Positions 1 through 8,307 of a DNA stretch of 64,000 nt are shown one piece after another. Source of the DNA: a virus; IMG/VR virus record IMGVR_UViG_3300024352_000023, positions 19,146 through 83,145 of that record. One strand, written 5' to 3'. Below the pieces are notes generated by a model. That model was not told where the DNA came from, did not search any database, and saw nothing but the letters and a program-made list of their open reading frames with translations. Each line of letters starts with the position of its first letter. Position 1 is the first letter of the stretch. The position numbers and the translations under genes were made by a program.

Positions 1-1
1 T

Positions 2-892
2 ACAACTAGCATCACAGGCACTACCGTCACCGGTACAACGGCTAACTTCGTAAGCGGTGTTTATACAACACAAATTTCTGGTGCCTTAATCACTGGCAAT
101 GCAGTACAAGCAACAGCAATAACCGGTGTCAATGGCGTATTTACAACCCAGGTTTCTGGTGCAGTTGTAACGGGTGACGCGGGTCGATTTAGTAGTATCA
201 CTGGAATCTCTGGTGTATTTACCAGCAACCTTTCCGGTACCACAATTACTGGTAATACGGTTTTAGGAAGCAACATCACGGGGATCAGTGGTGTATTTAC
301 TACTTCGTTAAGTGGTACAACGATTACCGGAAACACCGGTCAGTTTGGGACATTAACGGGGAATACCGCAGGATTTACTACTGTCACAGGAACAACGATT
401 ACCGGTACGACTGCAAACTTTGTCACTCTCTCCGGTTCTTCCATTACCGGACAGACAGCAAACGTTACTCAAATCACTGGAGTTAGCGGAGTCTTCACGG
501 CTCAGATCTCTGGTGCAACCATCACAGGCGATACGGTTCGAGCAACGACTGGTATTTTTGTTACTAACTCTGGCGATACGTTTATTGCGGGTGGTGCAAC
601 ATTTGTTACCGGCTCTGGTGATGTTCGCCCCAGGGGTTTATTCTCTTTCCCAACCACAGTTGGTACTGCGGGATTCGTTCTGCAAACCAATGGAAATGGT
701 ACAACATCTTGGGTTGTTCAGAGTGGTGGTGGTGGAAGTGCAATCACTACCATCATGCAAAGCAAGATTGTGATTGACGTAAACTTTGGTCTTACTGCTG
801 GATATAATGGATTGAGTCAAGGACCAGTTGAAATTCAAACTGGCTTCACGGTAGACGTTCCAAGTGGGTCACTTTGGAACATACTTGAGTAG
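2..892 (+). CDS. Tail fibre protein, Thr/Gly-rich repeats (5' partial)
   Basis: Frame 2 open from the window start to TAG at 890-892 (missed by the ORF track). Repeats of TITGxT/SGVFTT; C-terminal NGLSQGPVEIQTGFTVDVPSGSLWNIL typical of phage fibre ends. Confidence 0.8.
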   Translation, partial: TTSITGTTVTGTTANFVSGVYTTQISGALITGNAVQATAITGVNGVFTTQVSGAVVTGDAGRFSSITGISGVFTSNLSGTTITGNTVLGSNITGISGVFTTSLSGTTITGNTGQFGTLTGNTAGFTTVTGTTITGTTANFVTLSGSSITGQTANVTQITGVSGVFTAQISGATITGDTVRATTGIFVTNSGDTFIAGGATFVTGSGDVRPRGLFSFPTTVGTAGFVLQTNGNGTTSWVVQSGGGGSAITTIMQSKIVIDVNFGLTAGYNGLSQGPVEIQTGFTVDVPSGSLWNILE

Positions 893-933
893 AATTAAAG
901 TAAATTAAAACGTAAGAAGACCAGGAAAATCGA

Positions 934-1710
934 ATGGCTTACGGGACTTTAAAAGTTGATAATTTAACTTATACGTCAGGTGGCTCTGATGCTACAACTA
1001 CCGTTAGCGGGCTGCTTGGCATTGCAGCAGGTAACTTCAATAATATTACGGCAACTGGAACCATATCTGGAGCGACCATTACCGGTAATACAGCTCAATT
1101 CAATACAGTTACAGGTAACACAAGTCAATTCACGACGATTACAGCAGTTACCGGTATTTTTACCACAACTCTTAGCGGTGCCACTGTTCTTGGTCCAACT
1201 CATACTGGATCTGTCGCTAATTTTAATAGTGCAAATTTTACAAGCACAGTAACGGGAACAACATTTAGCGGTACAACTATTAATGCAGTCAGCGCTAATT
1301 TTACGACCAGCATAACTGGAGTTACTGTTACAGGTATCACTGCTAACTTTAGTTCTGGCAACTTTACTACACAAGTTTCTGGTGCTACGACTCGTGATAG
1401 TAAAGGTGATGTCAGAAGCATTCCAGCAAACGCTCAGTCAACCAGTTATACCCTTGTTATTGGAGACGCCGGAAGGCATATTTCTACAACTGCAGGCGTT
1501 ACAGTTCCAGCTTCTGTATTCTCTACTGGAGATGCAATAAGTATCTACAATAATTCCGCTTCAAGCATTACCATTACACAAGGTGCAAGCGTTACCCTAA
1601 GACAAGGGGGTACTGCAAATACAGGAAACAGAACACTTTTATTGAGAGGAGTTGCTACAATACTTTGCGTAGCATCTAATGAATTTGTAATCAACGGAAA
1701 TATTTCTTAA
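934..1710 (+). CDS. Tail fibre-associated protein, Thr-rich repeats
   Basis: MAYGTLKVDNL start, same repeat type as upstream gene, C-terminal YTLVIGDAG...ITITQGASVTLR domain. Confidence 0.75.
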   Translation: MAYGTLKVDNLTYTSGGSDATTTVSGLLGIAAGNFNNITATGTISGATITGNTAQFNTVTGNTSQFTTITAVTGIFTTTLSGATVLGPTHTGSVANFNSANFTSTVTGTTFSGTTINAVSANFTTSITGVTVTGITANFSSGNFTTQVSGATTRDSKGDVRSIPANAQSTSYTLVIGDAGRHISTTAGVTVPASVFSTGDAISIYNNSASSITITQGASVTLRQGGTANTGNRTLLLRGVATILCVASNEFVINGNIS

Positions 1711-1717
1711 GAAACAA

Positions 1718-2653
1718 ATGTCTATTCTTCAGCTATTTCTTGCAGGCACTCTTGGAAAAATATCGGGATCTGGGGGGAACTCAACCCTTACCCCTGGTGA
1801 TGGTTATACATACCATGTCTATACATCACCTGGACCATTTACCGTTCTTTCTGGTCGAGGAGATGTAGAGCTATTATCCATTGGCGGCGGTGGCGGCGGC
1901 GGTGGACAAGATGGTCCTGCAGGAGGAGGCGGCGGAGGCGGCGGAGGAGCCGGATATTTAGTTGTACCAGTTTCTCCAAGCACATCTTTATCAGTCACTA
2001 TTGGTGGTGGAGGTACTGGTGGTACTGGTTCTGCTGTAGGTACAGGAGGTGGGGCAGGGGGTACCAACGGTGGTGGTCCAGGAGGCAATGCCGGTCCAAG
2101 CGGGTCATCTGGCGGTGGCGGTGGCGGTGGCGGTTGGACAACTATTCAAAGTGGTGGCGATAATTGGGTAGTTGGTGGCGGTGGTGCTGGTGGCGGTGGA
2201 TCTAACGAAGGACCTGCAAATGAAACAATTGCTAGAGGTGGTGGTTCTCCTGCTAATAGTTATCGCCCCAATTCAAGCACTGGAGATGCGGGTTCTCCAT
2301 ATCCCGGAGATGGAGGTGGTTATGGAGGATGTGGTGGCGGTGTGAATAGTGTAAATGCCTCGTCTGGTGGGGGCAGCGGCGGACAAAGTGGTTTTGGAGG
2401 TTCTAATTACTTTTATCCCGTTGTTGGGGGCAGTGGTGCAACTTATGCAGGAGGTGATGGGGCAATTCAGGGACAGAGTCCAGATCGGGCGGGTGGTTCA
2501 AGATGTCCTGGATTCTTCCCGACCAATCCTGGTTGGTCAGCTGTAATTCCAGCAACAGCAGGAAACGGAGGCGATGGACAACCTGGTCCTTCTCCATCTG
2601 GATCAGGTGCGTCAGGTAATTCTGGAGTAGCAGTGATCCGTTACCCCGTTTAA
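1718..2653 (+). CDS. Glycine-rich tail/receptor-binding protein
   Basis: GGGGGG runs, YTYHVYTSPGPFTV and terminal GNSGVAVIRY motif of phage glycine-rich domain proteins. Confidence 0.75.
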   Translation: MSILQLFLAGTLGKISGSGGNSTLTPGDGYTYHVYTSPGPFTVLSGRGDVELLSIGGGGGGGGQDGPAGGGGGGGGGAGYLVVPVSPSTSLSVTIGGGGTGGTGSAVGTGGGAGGTNGGGPGGNAGPSGSSGGGGGGGGWTTIQSGGDNWVVGGGGAGGGGSNEGPANETIARGGGSPANSYRPNSSTGDAGSPYPGDGGGYGGCGGGVNSVNASSGGGSGGQSGFGGSNYFYPVVGGSGATYAGGDGAIQGQSPDRAGGSRCPGFFPTNPGWSAVIPATAGNGGDGQPGPSPSGSGASGNSGVAVIRYPV

Positions 2654-2698
2654 ATCTTAATTTATCTGCTATGATCTGCTTATCTTAAACCTTTAAGA

Positions 2699-3319
2699 AT
2701 GGCGTTTCAAAGCGTTTGGTATTACACAGATATACCCGAAAATATTGTAGAAATTTTAGAAAAAGATTTAATAAAGTCTTTTGAGTCGAAAATGGAAGAT
2801 TCAAAACTGACTGGAGATATTTTAAATAAAGAGATAAGAAATTCTGAGAATACATGGATACCTTCTCACCATTGGATAGGTGGTTTTATTTGGCACTATG
2901 TACAAAGAGCAAATAGAGAAAATTTTTTATATGATCTTCATTGCATAGACAACGAATCTTTGCAATATACAAAATATAAAGAAGGACAATTTTACGGGTG
3001 GCATAATGATTCAGGCTTAGCAGGTTCATATAAACCTGTATCAGTAGGTAACCGAACAGAAGGATTAGCGCAAGATTTTTTCAATCAAAACATCGAGTTA
3101 GTGCGTAAGTTATCTTTTTCTTTGCAATTATCTGATCCAGATTCTTATGAGGGGGGGAATGTGCAATTTCTTGATGAAAAAGGAAAATCTTATTTTGCAC
3201 CGAGAAGAAAAGGTACTATTGTTCTTTTTGACTCAAGAACACAACATCGAGTTCTTAAAGTAAAAAAAGGAGTTAGAAAATCCTTGGTAGGTTGGGTGGT
3301 TGGCCCCCGCTGGAAATAA
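2699..3319 (+). CDS. 2OG-Fe(II) oxygenase (prolyl-hydroxylase-like)
   Basis: YGWHND (HxD), RKLSFSLQLSDPDSYEGG, HRV...G.RKSLVGW motifs. Confidence 0.9.
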   Translation: MAFQSVWYYTDIPENIVEILEKDLIKSFESKMEDSKLTGDILNKEIRNSENTWIPSHHWIGGFIWHYVQRANRENFLYDLHCIDNESLQYTKYKEGQFYGWHNDSGLAGSYKPVSVGNRTEGLAQDFFNQNIELVRKLSFSLQLSDPDSYEGGNVQFLDEKGKSYFAPRRKGTIVLFDSRTQHRVLKVKKGVRKSLVGWVVGPRWK

Positions 3320-3325
3320 AACATC

Positions 3326-4033
3326 ATGGAAGAAAAGCTTGTTATCGACGCAGAACGTCAAAACACAGGAACAACTTGGACTCGCAATTCTTTTTTTGAA
3401 GAAAATGGTTATTTAATATTAAAAGATCTTTGTGATCCTCAAACTATGGAAGAAAAACCTCCAAAAGACAGGGGACAATTAAATTACTGGGGGAAAAAAT
3501 TAGATCAAGTAAATCATGTCCCAATTGAAGAACAAGTTAAAGGATCCTTGTCTCGTTACTGGTACCCCAAATATAGAAAAATACACACTGAAATTAAGAA
3601 TAAATTAGAGCAAAAATTAGGAAGATCTTTATATGAAACGTATTACTACGATCGTTTTTATTTTCCGGGCCAGGACTTAAAAAAACACGTAGACCGAGAC
3701 GCATGTGAGATTTCAGTAACAGTTCATATAAGTACAAATTTAAAAGGAAAAGAGAAAGAATGGCCAATCTTTGTTAAAACACCTGATATTTATATTGACG
3801 AATCAAAAAAAATAATTTCAAAAAAAGGAGAGGAAAAAGGCGTGATTTTAGCTCCAGGAGATGGCATGGTTTACAAAGGATGTGAAAGACCCCACTGGAG
3901 AACACCAATGCCAGGAAAGCGAAAGTGGTTTGAGTTATTTAAAAAAGACGACTTTTATTATCATCAAATATTTTTTCATTATGTACTGCAAGATGGATGC
4001 AGATCTCATTTTGCTTTTGACACATTAAGGTAA
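3326..4033 (+). CDS. 2OG-Fe(II) oxygenase-like protein
   Basis: LKKHVDRDACEISVT (HxD), GDGMVYKGCERPHWR, QIFFHYV. Confidence 0.75.
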   Translation: MEEKLVIDAERQNTGTTWTRNSFFEENGYLILKDLCDPQTMEEKPPKDRGQLNYWGKKLDQVNHVPIEEQVKGSLSRYWYPKYRKIHTEIKNKLEQKLGRSLYETYYYDRFYFPGQDLKKHVDRDACEISVTVHISTNLKGKEKEWPIFVKTPDIYIDESKKIISKKGEEKGVILAPGDGMVYKGCERPHWRTPMPGKRKWFELFKKDDFYYHQIFFHYVLQDGCRSHFAFDTLR

Positions 4034-4076
4034 ACGTTAGGTCAATGTTTTATAATTAGACAAAGAAGCACTTTTT

Positions 4077-4475
4077 ATGGCTGATACTTTTTTTTGGCAT
4101 ATTATCAACCTCAAGAGAGAGATTGATACCGGTTTTGTTTCAAACGTTGTCTGGCAATTGAACGCAACACGACAACCCCTTGGAACAAATTTTGTTACTT
4201 CAACGCCTACAGGCGTGAGCGGAGAGGTTTTGGATAGTGTTACTTTCCAGGAAAATAATGGTCCTGTTCTGTCCGCCTCGCAAGCAGGTTCCACGGATTT
4301 GCCAAAACCTAATCCAGATATTTTTGTTCCTTATGAAGATTTGACGGAGGCCTTAGTTGTTAATTGGATTACAGATTTTCTTGGAGAAGAAAATGTTTTA
4401 GAGTTAGAAAACGCTTTAAAAATTGATTTGGATAATCAAGAAAATCCAAAAACGGCAAATGGAACTCCCTGGTAA
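4077..4475 (+). CDS. Conserved phage protein, possibly tail-fibre associated
   Basis: FVPYEDLTE..V.NWI and C-terminal G.PW motifs; position in the tail module. Confidence 0.55.
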   Translation: MADTFFWHIINLKREIDTGFVSNVVWQLNATRQPLGTNFVTSTPTGVSGEVLDSVTFQENNGPVLSASQAGSTDLPKPNPDIFVPYEDLTEALVVNWITDFLGEENVLELENALKIDLDNQENPKTANGTPW

Positions 4476-5481
4476 TTATGAAATAAATTTAATTTATGCG
4501 GCAGAATATTTTAAAAAACTGCCGCATCAAATTAAAGCTTGGGAATGGCTTCAAACAGCTGTTCCCAAGGATGTTATTGATGAATTTGCCAGGCGATACA
4601 GAGATGCTCCTAAACCAGCAGAACAATTTCCCAATACGTGGGAAGGTGTTCTTGCAGCAGCAAAGAAAGCCGGTGCAAAGTTCCCGGAATGCGTTGCTGC
4701 TCAGTGGTATTTAGAGAGTGCGCAAGGAAAACATCTTTCATGCACCCATAACTACTTCGGTATCAAATCAAAAGATGGAGAAGGTTGTTACGTCTCAACT
4801 CAGGAAGTTTACGGTGTTCAGACAGTAACCATCAAAGATTGGTTTAAAGCTTTCGATACGTTGTATGACTGCGTTGATTACCTGGTAACTCGTTGGTACA
4901 AGGACTACAAGGGATATAAAGGTGTTAATCGTGCTAGCAATCGTAATGAATGCGCACGTTTGTTGAAAGAAGAAGGTTACGCTACTGATCCTTCGTATAG
5001 TACAAAATTAATCCAGATCATGGATCGCATGACTGGAACCCCTGGTAATACAGATAAACCAAAATTCAATCCCTGGAGCCCATTCACTTATAAAGTCACA
5101 CCTAACATTACGTATGGAGAGTTGACGCTCAACCAGGAAGCACGTCGATTCACCAAGCAATACCAATGTGACGTAGCACTAGAGCTCTGTCAGTTCCTTG
5201 AAAAAGCCCGTAGTGCGTTTGGTAACAAACCATTGATCATCACCAGTGCTTCTCGTCCGGAGCCCATCAACACACAAGTAGGTGGTGCCAAGAACAGCGA
5301 GCACACTTATAACGCACCATCCAAAGGAGCCGTTGACTTCTACATCGAAGGAGTCGACATCTATAAGGTGCAAGCCTGGTGCGACAAGAACTGGCCTTAC
5401 TCAGTAGGATACGGTGCACCAAAAGGGTTTGTGCATCTTGGCATCAGGGAAGGAAGGCCTCGCGTACGCTGGGACTACTGA
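4459..5481 (+). CDS. Endolysin: GH73 glucosaminidase plus peptidase M15 domain
   Basis: AAQWYLES, NYFGIK, GYATDPSY (GH73); ITSASR..N..VGGAKNSEH, AVDF, FVHLGIR (M15). Start taken at ATG 4459. Confidence 0.9.
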   Translation: MELPGNYEINLIYAAEYFKKLPHQIKAWEWLQTAVPKDVIDEFARRYRDAPKPAEQFPNTWEGVLAAAKKAGAKFPECVAAQWYLESAQGKHLSCTHNYFGIKSKDGEGCYVSTQEVYGVQTVTIKDWFKAFDTLYDCVDYLVTRWYKDYKGYKGVNRASNRNECARLLKEEGYATDPSYSTKLIQIMDRMTGTPGNTDKPKFNPWSPFTYKVTPNITYGELTLNQEARRFTKQYQCDVALELCQFLEKARSAFGNKPLIITSASRPEPINTQVGGAKNSEHTYNAPSKGAVDFYIEGVDIYKVQAWCDKNWPYSVGYGAPKGFVHLGIREGRPRVRWDY

Positions 5482-5482
5482 G

Positions 5483-5644
5483 ATGAAATGTAAGAAAGAT
5501 CCGCGTATACGCGTCAATATGTGCTGGGAACTTGGTGACGAAAAAAAGTGCGTCACTCTTGAGAAGAACAACGCACTTGCAACTCGTGATTGGGTGGAAA
5601 AGCAAGGTGGAACTGTGTTTTGGTTCCAGGCCCTGCCTGATTGA
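5483..5644 (+). CDS. Hypothetical protein
   Basis: ATG directly after the endolysin stop, 53 aa. Confidence 0.55.
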   Translation: MKCKKDPRIRVNMCWELGDEKKCVTLEKNNALATRDWVEKQGGTVFWFQALPD

Positions 5645-5809
5645 TCAGCGCTGCTTGGCGCGACCGATGTTCAGAGCAATAAACTCAAGGACTTTGTAAG
5701 CCTTACGCAGGATGTCATCATCCTTAGGCGTAGGAGTCAGAGCGCAAATAGCAGAAGCTGCCGCATGAATTGCCAGTGCAACTTCAATGTATTCGTTAAG
5801 TTTGTGCAT
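5645..5809 (-). CDS. Small holin-like membrane protein
   Basis: Manually read 54 aa: MHKLNEYIEVALAIHAAASAICALTPTPKDDDILRKAYKVLEFIALNIGRAKQR; GGGAGA RBS; TPTPKDD motif; near the endolysin. Confidence 0.6.
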   Translation of the reverse strand: MHKLNEYIEVALAIHAAASAICALTPTPKDDDILRKAYKVLEFIALNIGRAKQR

Positions 5810-5832
5810 GGGTATCTCCCGTTTCTTTCATT

Positions 5833-5961
5833 CTAACGGTCGAATATATTTTCCTCTTGTACTGCAAAAAAATCTTCCCAATCTTTTTCGGTTGCGTCTG
5901 TGATATTTGGATTGGAGTATTTGTTTTCCTCTTTGTTTAGTTTTTGTTCTTCTTCAGACAT
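5833..5961 (-). CDS. Small acidic hypothetical protein
   Basis: Manually read 42 aa ORF, start overlapping the upstream stop. Confidence 0.45.
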   Translation of the reverse strand: MSEEEQKLNKEENKYSNPNITDATEKDWEDFFAVQEENIFDR

Positions 5962-6067
5962 CGTAAATGCGGCAACATGGAGCGCTTGGATTCTTTTCAC
6001 AATAACGCTTCCAAGCCATCTCAGGTGAATGCTTCTGTTTAAATACAGACAAAAGACGTGTGATCAT
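5954..6067 (-). CDS. cp12: CP12-like mini protein (C-terminal motif only)
   Basis: 37 aa MITRLLSVFKQKHSPEMAWKRYCEKNPSAPCCRIYDV matches the CP12 C-terminal YCxxNPxAxECRxYD; ATGA-coupled to the upstream gene. Confidence 0.6.
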   Translation of the reverse strand: MITRLLSVFKQKHSPEMAWKRYCEKNPSAPCCRIYDV

Positions 6068-6978
6068 GGCCTATTTGTCAGTGGGATAAAGAGATCCGGG
6101 AACTTATCATCAGGGTGATGTTGTGCGTTCCAGGCATCCCTCCATTCTGACAGTGTATGATCGTGAATAATATCAAGGAAAGATTCGTTTCCGTATTCAA
6201 GTAAGAAGAAGTCATTGGCAGCAATACCAGCAGTGGTTTGTTGCCCAATCAACCACTCAGAACCATCCAAAACGGTAACAGTTACACCTGAAACAATCTC
6301 GCACAAATCTTGCGTAAAACCGTTAGGCTTCCCTGGCTCTGCTGAAATAACAGTATTAACTGTAACTGGAGAATCAACGGTTACTGTTGTGACTGGATCA
6401 ATTGTTGTTTCTTGCAAGAACAACGTATAGTCTTCTAATGCCAAGAAAAGTTCAGTTTGTGCAAACTCAACAACAATTCCGACTGAATAATCAATCCGTT
6501 CATTGCGTGTGGAAGATACGCAAAGCAAATAACTTCCTGCAGGCAGTGGGTAGTAACGGTCGTCACCACGATCCAGGCGAACAGGATCAAATGAATTGTA
6601 TAGATCAGACTGATGGCTCATTACCGTATCAAGATACGGAATATAAACAGAGCCAACATTATTCAACCCTTGCCTAATGGAATCTGCATCGAAAATCGGC
6701 AGTCCATTGACAGGGTTGGTATTTAAGTCGTAAACAGAAGTTTGAATGTAATTAGGTCTGGGACCACCCTTGGCAACAATGATCCAGGCAGGGCTAACCA
6801 AGTTGATGCGGAACCAGTGGTTATACGTACCACCGCCGTAACCATTCAGACCCACCTGGCTCAAAGGACCAAGCGTACCCGTCAAGTAACGCAAAGAAAG
6901 TTCACCAAACGTGCCAAGGTCCAGTGGATTTTCTTTTGTGCGTTGACGTTGACTAGTTTGATTGGATACCCGTGACAC
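6064..6978 (-). CDS. Hypothetical protein, probably virion-associated
   Basis: 304 aa; contains EIVSGVTVTVLDGSEWLI, similar to the fibre C-terminal motif. Confidence 0.55.
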   Translation of the reverse strand: MSRVSNQTSQRQRTKENPLDLGTFGELSLRYLTGTLGPLSQVGLNGYGGGTYNHWFRINLVSPAWIIVAKGGPRPNYIQTSVYDLNTNPVNGLPIFDADSIRQGLNNVGSVYIPYLDTVMSHQSDLYNSFDPVRLDRGDDRYYPLPAGSYLLCVSSTRNERIDYSVGIVVEFAQTELFLALEDYTLFLQETTIDPVTTVTVDSPVTVNTVISAEPGKPNGFTQDLCEIVSGVTVTVLDGSEWLIGQQTTAGIAANDFFLLEYGNESFLDIIHDHTLSEWRDAWNAQHHPDDKFPDLFIPLTNRP

Positions 6979-6998
6979 TTCTACCCAACAATCCTTAT

Positions 6999-7682
6999 TT
7001 ATTCATTGTACTCGGGGCGATTCTTGACGTATTCAGGGTTGGTAATGGGGTTTTTGTGATCTCTAAGAATCACCTTGGTCACATCCAGGCCGTTATGCTC
7101 CCCCTGGTTGAACATCATCAACTTTTTGGCTTCAAATTCCGTGACGCAAGGAGCAATCGTTTGAGGAGGAAAGTTTCTGTTGAAGCTTGATACCAAGTGC
7201 AGTGGGTTGCCGCACTTTTTGTTCCCGCACAGACGTGTCACCAACAGGGATCCCACATCCCCCCAGGCGCACTGGTAGATCGCCTTATGGATATTGACGT
7301 TTTCGGACTTCTGTTTGCTGTAGAGGGATCGGTAAGACGGAAGACACACGCGCTTGGGTGTGGTACCAGAGGGTCCATTGATTTCCCAACACTCGTCCGG
7401 GAAGGTGACGTTGACTTGCTTCCAGACCTTGGCGTACTTGATGCGGTAATCAGTCTGTAGGTAGTTCACATCAAATCCACAGACGTTACTGAGGATCTTC
7501 TTGGCGCACTCATAGCACCAATGCTCAGATGAGTCTCGGATGAGATGACCGTGAGGACAAGCAAACCCTGTGTAGTACCCCAGCTCATTGAGTCGTTCTT
7601 CCTCCAGGGACTCGATGGCGTTGACGTGCCTGAATCTCGCGAGTCCCAGCGTGGTTTCAAATGTCTTGATGAAGCTTGCCAT
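6999..7682 (-). CDS. His-Me finger/HNH-like endonuclease with Zn-binding motifs
   Basis: CPHGH..CYEC, DECWE, CGNKKCGNPLHL. Confidence 0.65.
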   Translation of the reverse strand: MASFIKTFETTLGLARFRHVNAIESLEEERLNELGYYTGFACPHGHLIRDSSEHWCYECAKKILSNVCGFDVNYLQTDYRIKYAKVWKQVNVTFPDECWEINGPSGTTPKRVCLPSYRSLYSKQKSENVNIHKAIYQCAWGDVGSLLVTRLCGNKKCGNPLHLVSSFNRNFPPQTIAPCVTEFEAKKLMMFNQGEHNGLDVTKVILRDHKNPITNPEYVKNRPEYNE

Positions 7683-7683
7683 C

Positions 7684-8046
7684 TCAGTTCAGAACGGTGG
7701 TTTGACGACGGTTGCGGCGAGTACGTGGTTGCTTTTCCTTCCGCGACTCAAGCCACAGCTCAGTAGGCAGCTCATGCTTGGGGCAATCCTCAGGACGCTT
7801 CACGTCTGCGTTCCTGGGGTCTTCGCCCGTACGCAGGTAGTACACGATGCGGTGGGCGTGCAGCTTTTGGTTGTCGATAGAGACCACGTAGTACCTGCCG
7901 TGGTGCTCCAGGTACCCAGCCATATCACCTTCTTTATGGCGACCAGTGGTTTCTGCCCACTCCAGGCCACTGGGGTACTTGTCGGTCAGTCTCAATCTTT
8001 GTTGCATGTATCTCAATGGAGGCATCGGTCGGTACTGACGGGCCAT
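7684..8046 (-). CDS. Degenerate HNH homing endonuclease (N-terminal part)
   Basis: G..AG...GRYYVVSID..KLHAHRIVYYLRTGEDP, but no downstream DHxxGxxxDN catalytic segment. Confidence 0.55.
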   Translation of the reverse strand: MARQYRPMPPLRYMQQRLRLTDKYPSGLEWAETTGRHKEGDMAGYLEHHGRYYVVSIDNQKLHAHRIVYYLRTGEDPRNADVKRPEDCPKHELPTELWLESRKEKQPRTRRNRRQTTVLN

Positions 8047-8246
8047 GGCAGGTAGGGCGGACTTTCGGACTTTACAGTATTATCTATCTTTCTATGAGCT
8101 AAATAACAACTCGTAGCATCTTGTCATTAAAAGGACTATGACATCTTATTTCCTATTGTCATTTACGCCACGTAAGGATTGAAATACCTCTAAAGTCCGA
8201 ATCCCTGACCTGCGCTTTTGGTCTCATCATGAGACTGCCTTTCCAT

Positions 8247-8276
8247 AAAAAAGCCCCTCGTTGCGTCGAGAGGCTT
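8247..8276 (-). terminator. Intrinsic terminator
   Basis: Imperfect AAGCCCCTCG/CGAGAGGCTT stem followed by a U-run on the minus strand, after the glycosyltransferase. Confidence 0.6.
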
Positions 8277-8307
8277 CATCCACCCATGCGGATCGTCCGG
8301 TCAGATC

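Noticed and set aside
61-838. Short ORFs listed at the window start
   Set aside because: The real gene is the open frame-2 tail fibre 2-892
1880-2460. GGC/GGT tandem runs as a DNA repeat element
   Set aside because: Explained by poly-Gly coding
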